From Clostridia bacterium (lineage in GTDB: Bacteria > Bacillota > Clostridia > Oscillospirales > CAG-272), in contig JAFSSQ010000022.1 in assembly GCA_017450965.1 (NCBI GenBank), forward strand, positions 232-64,231: 64,000 nt of DNA. The letters run 5' to 3'. Made by a program: the position numbers and the translations under genes. Positions 9,375 through 16,396 of the stretch are shown in pieces; position 1 is the first letter of the stretch, and every line of letters starts with the position of its first letter. Below the pieces are notes generated by a model. It was given only the letters and a program-made list of their open reading frames with translations. It ran no database searches and was not told the DNA's origin.

Positions 9375-10067
9375 ATGGAAATTCTGAAGGTGGAAAACCT
9401 CACCAAGATCTACGGCTCGGGGGAAAACGAAGTGCGGGCGCTGGACGGCGTCTCTTTCTCGGTGGAGAAGGGGGAGTTCCTCGCCATTATCGGGCCGTCC
9501 GGCTCCGGTAAATCAACGCTGCTGCACATTCTCGGCGGCGTGGACCGCCCCACCTCCGGCAAGGTCTGGATGGACGGGCAGGACGTGTACGCGCAGGGCG
9601 AGGAGCAGCTTGCGGTGTTCCGGCGCCGGCAGGTCGGGCTGATCTACCAGTTCTATAATCTGATCCCGGTTTTGAACGTTGTGGAAAATCTGACGCTTCC
9701 CGTTCTGATGGACGGGAGGAAGGTCAACACGGAGCGGCTCAACGAACTGCTCACGACCCTCTCCCTCACCGACCGGAAAAACAACCTGCCAAATCAGCTT
9801 TCCGGCGGGCAGCAGCAGCGCGTCTCCATCGGGCGCGCGCTAATGAACGCGCCGGCGGTCGTCCTGGCCGACGAGCCGACGGGCAACCTCGATTCCAAAA
9901 CCAGCCAGGAGATCGTCGAGCTTTTAAAACTCTCGAACCGCAAATACGCCCAAACGCTGATCGTCATCACCCACGACGAGTCGATCGCGCTGCAGGCGGA
10001 TCGCGTTATCGCCGTGGAGGACGGGCGCATCGTGCGCGACGAGCGCCTGCGGGGGGAACGGAAATGA
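9375..10067 (+). CDS. ABC transporter ATP-binding protein (MacB/BceA type)
   Basis: Walker A GPSGSGKST, signature LSGGQQQRVSIGRAL, Walker B VVLADEPTGNLD. Confidence 0.9.
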   Translation: MEILKVENLTKIYGSGENEVRALDGVSFSVEKGEFLAIIGPSGSGKSTLLHILGGVDRPTSGKVWMDGQDVYAQGEEQLAVFRRRQVGLIYQFYNLIPVLNVVENLTLPVLMDGRKVNTERLNELLTTLSLTDRKNNLPNQLSGGQQQRVSIGRALMNAPAVVLADEPTGNLDSKTSQEIVELLKLSNRKYAQTLIVITHDESIALQADRVIAVEDGRIVRDERLRGERK

Positions 10068-12754
10068 ACGTCTTTTTCCGTTATACCGCCCGCACGCTGA
10101 AAAAGAACCGTTCCCGCACGATCGTTACGATCATCGGCATCGTTCTTTCCATGTCAATGTTTACCGCGGTGTTCGAGTCGATCATCAGTATGCAGGATTT
10201 TCTGATCCGCTGCGAGGAAAAACAGAGCGGATCCTACGCCGCGTTCTACCCGTTTCTCAGCGGGGAGGAGATGCGGCAGGTCGGGGAGACGAAAGGGGTA
10301 AAGGAGGTCGCCTCCTGGTCGCAGGTCGGCTGGGCGGAGGTCGACGTTGAGACAATCGGATACAAACCCTATCTTCTAATCAAAAGTATCTCCGACAATT
10401 TTACCGATCTTGTCGCTGTCCGTCTGCGGGAGGGCAGGATGCCGCAAACGGAGGAGGAGATCCTTCTCCCCGCCCATCTGCTTTCAAACGGAGGGACGTA
10501 TCGGGTCGGCGAGCGGATCACGCTCGCGGTCGGCCGCCGCGTCGGGGAGGGGACCGTTCTCTCCGAGCGCGTCGCTTACGGCGATGGCGGAGAGGAGCGG
10601 ATCGAGGGGGCGGAAGAGCGGATTTATACCGTCGTCGGGATCTGCGAGCGCCTTGCCGCGCCCGCGGAGCCCTACGGCAGCGCCGGCTATACGGCGCTTA
10701 CCGTCGGTACCGCGGGAGAGCCTTACGGCGTTTTCTTCTCTCTCAAGGATACCGGATCCTTTTATTCCTTTATTCAAAAGAATGCCGTTTCCGAGGAGTG
10801 GTACGAGCACGGCGATCTGGTCCGTCTCTACGGCGCTTTGCGGGAGAGCAGCCTTGCCTCCGTTTTGTACGGTTTTGCGGCGGTCCTGACGCTGCTGATC
10901 GTCTTCGGCTCGGTTTCCCTGATCTATAATTCCTTTTCGATCTCTGTCAGCGAGAGGACAAGGCAGTTCGGGATCCTCAAGTCGGTCGGCGCCACGAAAA
11001 AGCAGATCCTTTCCTCCGTTCTTTGGGAGGCGCTCCTGCTCGGCGGCGCGGGGATCCCCGTCGGGATGCTCTGCGGCTGCGGCGGTCTTTCCCTTACCTT
11101 CTTCTTTTTGCGGGACGCCTTCAACCGTTTCACCGGCGCCCGGGGCGTGGTGATCCGTCTGGCCCCGAGCGCGCCGGCGCTGATCGGCGCCGCCGCGGTC
11201 TGCCTTGTGACCGTGCTGATCTCCGCCTGGATCCCCGCGCGCCGCGCGATCCGCGTTTCCCCCGTCGACGCGATCCGCCAGACCCGGGACGTAAAGATCC
11301 GGCCGGGCAGCGTCCGCACCTCTCCTCTGACGGGAAAGCTGTTCGGCTTTGAGGGGATGATGGCGGCGAAAAACTTCAAGCGGAACCGCAAGCGTTATCG
11401 TTCGACCGTTCTTTCGCTGTTTCTCAGCGTCACGCTCTTTATCTCCGCCTCCTCTTTCTGCTCTTATCTCACCCGCTCGGTGGAGACGACCGTCTCAGGC
11501 GACATGAACGCCGACGTCGCCGTCAGCGCCCGGATCAGGCCCGGCGAGGAGGAGAGCGTATTCCGCCTTCTCTCCGGCTGCGTCGGCGTCCTCTCCGGCT
11601 CTTATTACGCCCAAGCGGGAGACCAACTCTTTTTTCCCTCCGCGCTTCTCACAAAAAAAGCCCTGGAAAAGCAGCAGGCGGAGCAGGCGGGAGGAAAGCT
11701 TTCTTTCGGCGAAAGCACGTATTTCCCAATTTATTATCTGGATGACGACAGTTTTCGCGCTCTTTGCCTGGAAAACGGCGCCGATCCCTACGCCTTTTTC
11801 GAGGGGGAGGAGGCGCGCGCCCTGGTCTTCAACCGGGGGGTCGACGTCCTTCTCGGCTCGGGCGGCAGGGAATGGACGCCGTACGAATTCTTCCGGGAAG
11901 GAGTCCTGCCCGCCTCGGGAACCATCCTCCGGCTGAAGGAAATGAGAGGGTATATTCCCATGATGTTTTCGGACGATCCGGAACACTATTATTTCTTTAC
12001 AGAGGAAGATTATGTCAACGGAAAAGACGGGAAAGGCTCCTCGCCGGACCGCTCCAAGGCGATCGTTCTGACAGCGGAGGAGGCGGTGGAGCGGATCCCC
12101 GTTACCGTCGCAGCGACTCTGAAAAACCCGCCGTTCGGCTCGGACTCGACCCGCGCGAGTCTGATTTTCCCCTATTCCCGCTACGCCGGGGCGGGGGAGG
12201 ACCGCGATACGGTGGATCTCTTCTTTGCCTCCGGGGATCACGCAAAGACGGCGCAGGAGATGAAACGCCTGCAGGATACGCTCACCGATACGCATCTTGA
12301 GATCTATGATATTGCGGAGGACCGGGAGACTCAGAGGATGATTGTTACGGTGGTCAATGTTTTTTCCTACGGATTTATCACGCTGATCTCGCTGATTGCC
12401 GTTGCCAACGTCTTCAACACCATTTCCACCAGCATCCTCCTGCGCCGGCGCGAGTTTGCGATGCTCCGCTCGATCGGGCTTTCCCGCCGCCGGTTCATGA
12501 AGATGATGAACTACGAGTGCGTCATCTACGGCGCAAAGGGACTGCTCTTCGGCTTGCCCGCCGCGTTTTTCGTAACCTATGCGCTGTGGAAGATCACAAG
12601 CAGCGCCTTTGATTTCCGTTTCTACGTTCCGTGGTACAGCGTCGCCATTGCCGTCGGGAGCGTTTTTGCCGTTGTGTTTGCCACGATGCTCTACGCCTCC
12701 GGCAGGATCCGGCGCGATAATCCCGTCGACGCTCTGCGCAACGAAAACCTGTAA
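10064..12754 (+). CDS. FtsX-family ABC permease with duplicated MacB-like modules
   Basis: 896 aa; ATGA overlap with ATPase gene; pattern TM - large extracytoplasmic domain - 3 TM occurs twice; FtsX-type C-terminal ends (IPARRAIRVSPVDAIR, ASGRIRRDNPVDALR). Confidence 0.85.
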   Translation: MNVFFRYTARTLKKNRSRTIVTIIGIVLSMSMFTAVFESIISMQDFLIRCEEKQSGSYAAFYPFLSGEEMRQVGETKGVKEVASWSQVGWAEVDVETIGYKPYLLIKSISDNFTDLVAVRLREGRMPQTEEEILLPAHLLSNGGTYRVGERITLAVGRRVGEGTVLSERVAYGDGGEERIEGAEERIYTVVGICERLAAPAEPYGSAGYTALTVGTAGEPYGVFFSLKDTGSFYSFIQKNAVSEEWYEHGDLVRLYGALRESSLASVLYGFAAVLTLLIVFGSVSLIYNSFSISVSERTRQFGILKSVGATKKQILSSVLWEALLLGGAGIPVGMLCGCGGLSLTFFFLRDAFNRFTGARGVVIRLAPSAPALIGAAAVCLVTVLISAWIPARRAIRVSPVDAIRQTRDVKIRPGSVRTSPLTGKLFGFEGMMAAKNFKRNRKRYRSTVLSLFLSVTLFISASSFCSYLTRSVETTVSGDMNADVAVSARIRPGEEESVFRLLSGCVGVLSGSYYAQAGDQLFFPSALLTKKALEKQQAEQAGGKLSFGESTYFPIYYLDDDSFRALCLENGADPYAFFEGEEARALVFNRGVDVLLGSGGREWTPYEFFREGVLPASGTILRLKEMRGYIPMMFSDDPEHYYFFTEEDYVNGKDGKGSSPDRSKAIVLTAEEAVERIPVTVAATLKNPPFGSDSTRASLIFPYSRYAGAGEDRDTVDLFFASGDHAKTAQEMKRLQDTLTDTHLEIYDIAEDRETQRMIVTVVNVFSYGFITLISLIAVANVFNTISTSILLRRREFAMLRSIGLSRRRFMKMMNYECVIYGAKGLLFGLPAAFFVTYALWKITSSAFDFRFYVPWYSVAIAVGSVFAVVFATMLYASGRIRRDNPVDALRNENL

Positions 12755-12760
12755 AAAAAG

Positions 12761-12790
12761 AAAAAACGCTTTCCGAGGAAAGCGTTTTTT
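12761..12790. terminator. Bidirectional intrinsic terminator
   Basis: AAAAAACGCTTTCC-GA-GGAAAGCGTTTTTT between convergent genes. Confidence 0.85.
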
Positions 12791-12798
12791 CTTATCGG

Positions 12799-14070
12799 TT
12801 AGGCAAGGCCGGGGTGGATCGGCTTGCCTTCTTTGCGTTTGTAATGGAAGTAAAGCTCCTCGGTCGCCAGCGCCATCTTCGTGACCGAAAAGGCGCAGTC
12901 GTGCGGGTAGATATACCAGGTGTCCTCCAGCGTGTTGAGGTCCACGCAGTCGCCGTGCTTGCCGAGGTAGTTGTATTCGATATGGCAGGAGTAAAGAGTG
13001 GGAACGGGCTTGACCATCTCAAAGGGGTCGCCGTCCACGTCGGTCCCCCGGACGGTAAAGCCGTTTTCGTCGTGGATCATCACGCCTTCGCCGAGTCGGA
13101 TAAAGCGGTCGGCGTTCGGCAGGGTGTCCACCGTTACCGGCATCTCGCCGGTCGAATAGCGCCCTTCCTCCACCTCGCGGCGGACGTTCTGCCGCTCCCA
13201 TTCATACCAATCCGGGATATGGGAAAACTCCGTCTTGCCCGCGTCGGCGGAGAGGGAACCGTCCTCCCGCATCGTCCAGCTCTTGCCGCAGCGGCGGCAG
13301 AAGATCATTGCGTCCTTGCTGTCCATCTCGTATTCGGCGCCGCAGGCGGGGCACTGGTAGAGGACCTTGTGCAGCCCCTCCGCGCGCTTTTCGTAAGGGG
13401 TCAGGATCCCCCGCTCCTTCTGCCAGGCAAAGTCGTCGTATTGGAACGCTTCCACCAGCCGCCGGTTGATCTCGTCGGGGTCGGCCTTTTTGACCTCCTC
13501 GGCGGTGTAAAGCAGCGTCATCTCCGCCTCAGTCGGCTTCACGCCGCGCTCGTGCAGATTCCAGAAGGGAGAGTTGACGTGGTGCCCGTGGCAGATCAGG
13601 GTCACGACCGGGATGCCGAGCAGACGGCAGAAACCGCCGAGCGATTCGGGGAGCACCGCGGTCGTCCCGCAGAGGGAATAGCGCGCCTCCGGGTAGATCA
13701 CGACCACGTTGCCCGCCTTGGCGGAGCGGATCAGCTTAAAAATGAGGGAAACGTCGTTCGTAAACTTCCGCTTGCAGACGCAGCCGACGTTCCGTAGTAG
13801 CTTTTCCCGCCCGATGAAACCGTCGATCGCCACGACGTAGTTGGCGCGGTGCGGGAAGATCGCCTTCGTCGCGACCTTGAAGTCGAGAAAGGCGTTGTGG
13901 TTGCAGAGGAGGAGATAGGGGGGCTTCAGCCCCTCCGCGCCGTTTTTCCGGATGATCGCCCGGTGTTTTTTCACGTCCGGGAAGCTGAGCAGCCAGGTGA
14001 TCGGCCGCAGATACCATTTGGTGTTGACCGGCTTTTTCGCCATGTCAAAGCGTTTGAATTCGGTTTTCAC
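12799..14070 (-). CDS. Lysophospholipid (PlsC-family) acyltransferase with internal zinc ribbon and extra C-terminal domain
   Basis: 423 aa; GTG start after AAGGGGG; HX4D box NHNAFLD, YPEARYS motif, CPACG...CRRCG ribbon. Confidence 0.75.
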   Translation of the reverse strand: MKTEFKRFDMAKKPVNTKWYLRPITWLLSFPDVKKHRAIIRKNGAEGLKPPYLLLCNHNAFLDFKVATKAIFPHRANYVVAIDGFIGREKLLRNVGCVCKRKFTNDVSLIFKLIRSAKAGNVVVIYPEARYSLCGTTAVLPESLGGFCRLLGIPVVTLICHGHHVNSPFWNLHERGVKPTEAEMTLLYTAEEVKKADPDEINRRLVEAFQYDDFAWQKERGILTPYEKRAEGLHKVLYQCPACGAEYEMDSKDAMIFCRRCGKSWTMREDGSLSADAGKTEFSHIPDWYEWERQNVRREVEEGRYSTGEMPVTVDTLPNADRFIRLGEGVMIHDENGFTVRGTDVDGDPFEMVKPVPTLYSCHIEYNYLGKHGDCVDLNTLEDTWYIYPHDCAFSVTKMALATEELYFHYKRKEGKPIHPGLA

Positions 14071-14251
14071 GATAGCCCCCTTGCCGAGTGGATTTTTTTA
14101 CGGGATCGGTGAGATCCGGCGGGAGAAACGCCTCGCGCGGGAGCGCGGGGCGCGGATTTTTGCCGTTTCCACTATAGCATATCCCGGCGGCAAACGCAAG
14201 AGGGCGGCGGCGTTTTTTCGCTTTTTCCTTCTTTCTTTCGCCGAAAAACTC

Positions 14252-14280
14252 TTGACAATCCGGGGGGCGTATGGTATTAT
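14252..14280 (+). promoter_or_regulatory. Promoter of the tRNA-Gly gene
   Basis: TTGACA (14252-14257), 17-nt spacer, TGg-TATTAT extended -10 (14272-14280), about 14 nt before the tRNA 5' end. Confidence 0.7.
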
Positions 14281-14294
14281 AAGGGAGCCAATAG

Positions 14295-14368
14295 GCGGGT
14301 GTAGTTCAATGGCAGAATTCCAGCCTTCCAAGCTGGCCGTGCGGGTCCGATTCCCGTCACCCGCTCCA
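14295..14368 (+). tRNA. tRNA-Gly (anticodon UCC), CCA encoded, atypical T-loop
   Basis: Cloverleaf by hand: acceptor GCGGGTG/CACCCGC, D-arm GTTC-AATGGCA-GAAT, anticodon arm CCAGC-CTTCCAA-GCTGG, T-arm GCGGG-TCCGATT-CCCGT, discriminator T, CCA. Confidence 0.9.
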
Positions 14369-14373
14369 GAAAA

Positions 14374-14396
14374 GCCTCGCGTAAAGCGAGGCTTTT
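14374..14396 (+). terminator. Intrinsic terminator after tRNA-Gly
   Basis: GCCTCGC-GTAAA-GCGAGGC followed by TTTT. Confidence 0.8.
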
Positions 14397-14400
14397 CAAC

Positions 14401-14570
14401 TAAGTGTTCCGCGGGGCGGAACGTTAAGCGCACTTCATGCGTGAAGCGAGGCTGCGCCTCGTGAAGCGCCTGCGGGCGTGAGGAGCGGAACACTTAACTT
14501 CACTTTGCGGCGGAGCCGCAATGCTTCATTTCGCTTCACTTGCGCCAACGGCGCAAACTTCACTGAAAGG
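14401..14570. repeat. Dense hairpin / CTTCAY-hexamer array (possibly MITE-like left part)
   Basis: 12-bp inverted repeat TAAGTGTTCCGC (14401-14412) / GCGGAACACTTA (14485-14496); five short GC hairpins; about 7 copies of CTTCAY or its complement RTGAAG; two tandem units CTTCAC-TT(T)GCGSC-N3-GSCGCAA. Confidence 0.7.
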
Positions 14571-14578
14571 AAACGAAA

Positions 14579-14929
14579 ATGCAGGAATCAAAACTCCGTG
14601 ATCAATCTCTTGACTTTGCCGTCCAAATCATAAACCTCGTCAAAAACCTCAAATCAAAGCACGAAACGATCATTTCCAATCAGATCGGCAGAAGCGGCAC
14701 TTCCGTCGGCGCAAATATCCGCGAAGCGCAGTACGCTCACGGTAAACCGGACTTTATCTCAAAACTGCAGATCGCTTTGAAGGAAGCGAACGAAACAGGA
14801 TACTGGCTTGACTTGCTATACAAAACAGACTATATCGACGAGCAGACGTACAAGTCTTTTGATGCCGCCTGTACCAGCTTGCGCGTTATGCTCATCTCCT
14901 CGATTAACACATTGAAAAAAGAATCATAG
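14579..14929 (+). CDS. Four-helix-bundle protein (TIGR02436 / 23S rRNA IVS protein / DGR Avd-like family)
   Basis: 116 aa; IGRSGTSVGANIREA...DFISKLQIALKEANETGYWL matches the family signature from memory; low GC; RBS GAAAGGA. Confidence 0.8.
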   Translation: MQESKLRDQSLDFAVQIINLVKNLKSKHETIISNQIGRSGTSVGANIREAQYAHGKPDFISKLQIALKEANETGYWLDLLYKTDYIDEQTYKSFDAACTSLRVMLISSINTLKKES

Positions 14930-15145
14930 GGGCGCCGAATCACGAAGCGCGGGAAGAAGAATTGAGTTCTGCTTGCCATTTCGAAAAAGCCTTGTTTATG
15001 TATTCCGGTGAAAAATGAGAGAATTTGATCTTTTTCGATGGTTTTGAGTTTATCGTTTTGGAGGAAGTGCTAAAGTGAGGTTTTGAACAAAAAGTAGAGC
15101 AAAAGGTTTTAGTGAACGCAGAAAAGAAATACAAGAGGAGCAAAA

Positions 15146-16348
15146 ATGATAGAAGAGCTACATTTTGAGAAAGAGGTATCAGAAAAAATACACGGCAAGA
15201 ATGATAATGATCAGCCATTAAACTGCTATCAAAAGAATAGTCTTTCTTGGCGGGAATTCCGAAACGACGATGGATTTGTTTATTCGGTTCCTGAATGGAA
15301 TTCTATTTATGCAACTTACTATTTCTTAGATACTTACAATGTTCTCCAAAAACACGATAGCGCGTTTGGAAGTTTTTCTTTGCGTGCACACGGAATCCGA
15401 GATGCGATGGCTCTTGAGAGTTTTCTTATAAAAACAAGTTTTTATGAGCCGGCGGATTCTTCGACGGCTTTGTCCCTTTTGAAGGTTTCTGAACTGAAGA
15501 ATTTATTAAAAAAACATGATTTGAAGGTAAGTGGGAAAAAAGATGAACTAATAGAAAGAATTGTTTCCAATGTTTCTTTGGATTTGTTGCTTTCAGATAT
15601 TCCGACTGATGTATATCGTATAACAAATCTTGCAAAGGAATGGATGGGTGCGAACGAATCCACCTATGGGTTTTATGATTCTAGTCGTGATTATGGCACC
15701 TATGAACGCTATCTGCGTTTGAAAGATGAGCCGGATCTTTACTGCGAAGACTGCGGAGATCTTCTAGATCTTGAAACCCATTTTTGCAAATCTTGCGGAA
15801 AGGTATGCAAGAATCCACTTTCCGAGTTTAACTACGCAAATACCGCGCGTGATCGGAAGCGGGCATTTGAGATAGGAAGTGTTTGTTATCGTTGGATGTC
15901 TTCGAAGGATCAACGAACAAGGCCGTCGCATAAAGAGATGGATGACGTGATTGTGTTTTTTATGCCAAAGGGAAAACGGCCACTTTTAGATGGGATCCGA
16001 GGAGATGCAGGGGAGTTTCCTGATTGCCGGTGCGATATGATTCCCATTTCTTTCCCGATTTCTGATGATCTTGGAGAAGGACCGTACAAGTTTTACAATT
16101 ATGAAACTGACACGATAGAACATATTTCAAAGAATCGCCTTATAGAAATGATTCGGTTTCATTCAAAAAACAAAGTGGAGTTTGATCAATATCTAAAATT
16201 TCTTAAAGAGGAAGAGGATACTCCCATCCATGTTGTTGCACCCAAAGTTGAAAAGGGTAAAAACATTTCTCCAATCGGCTGGTTATTAAAACCGATTTTT
16301 GGAATCTTCATATTCGCTTTTTTGATTTGGTTTTTGTTTTTCCGTTGA
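15146..16348 (+). CDS. Multidomain protein: unknown N-domain, SAP motif, zinc ribbon, MuF/SPP1-gp7-like domain, C-terminal TM anchor
   Basis: 400 aa, AGAGGAG RBS; SAP-like LKVSELKNLLKKHDLKVSGKKDELIERIV; CEDCG-N10-CKSCG; RWMSSKDQRTRPSHKEMDD...FPDCRCD; IGWLLKPIFGIFIFAFLIWFLFF. Confidence 0.7.
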   Translation: MIEELHFEKEVSEKIHGKNDNDQPLNCYQKNSLSWREFRNDDGFVYSVPEWNSIYATYYFLDTYNVLQKHDSAFGSFSLRAHGIRDAMALESFLIKTSFYEPADSSTALSLLKVSELKNLLKKHDLKVSGKKDELIERIVSNVSLDLLLSDIPTDVYRITNLAKEWMGANESTYGFYDSSRDYGTYERYLRLKDEPDLYCEDCGDLLDLETHFCKSCGKVCKNPLSEFNYANTARDRKRAFEIGSVCYRWMSSKDQRTRPSHKEMDDVIVFFMPKGKRPLLDGIRGDAGEFPDCRCDMIPISFPISDDLGEGPYKFYNYETDTIEHISKNRLIEMIRFHSKNKVEFDQYLKFLKEEEDTPIHVVAPKVEKGKNISPIGWLLKPIFGIFIFAFLIWFLFFR

Positions 16349-16360
16349 GTTTCAAAAGCA

Positions 16361-16396
16361 GTCCCGGAAGCGATTCTTCGCTTCCGGGACTTTTTT
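16361..16396. terminator. Bidirectional intrinsic terminator closing the low-GC cassette
   Basis: Perfect 12-bp stem GTCCCGGAAGCG / CGCTTCCGGGAC, 6-nt loop, TTTTTT downstream and A-run upstream. Confidence 0.85.

Noticed and set aside
9322-9387. 21-codon mini-ORF (MSFFFVILEEKKQKEGFGWKF) overlapping the ABC ATPase start, as a possible leader peptide
   Set aside because: It has no RBS, since its ATG directly follows the GC-rich hairpin, and it lies largely upstream of the predicted -10 box. It is probably fortuitous.
14098-14493. 131-aa minus-strand ORF (and the 13952..14464 plus-strand ORF) across the tRNA region
   Set aside because: They overlap the tRNA-Gly gene, its promoter and its terminator, and have no RBS or motifs.
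14533-14955. Imperfect inverted repeats flanking the four-helix-bundle ORF (CGCTTCAC..GCGCC on the left, GGCGCC..ACGAAGCG on the right) as an IVS-like stem
   Set aside because: Only about 11 matching positions, and gaps are needed to align them. This is too weak to call without comparative data. It is mentioned only as a hint in the finding on the orphan four-helix-bundle gene (14579-14929).
14579-16348. Diversity-generating retroelement, suggested by the Avd-like four-helix-bundle gene
   Set aside because: No reverse transcriptase ORF (no YxDD-type motif) and no template/variable repeat pair are visible anywhere in the window.
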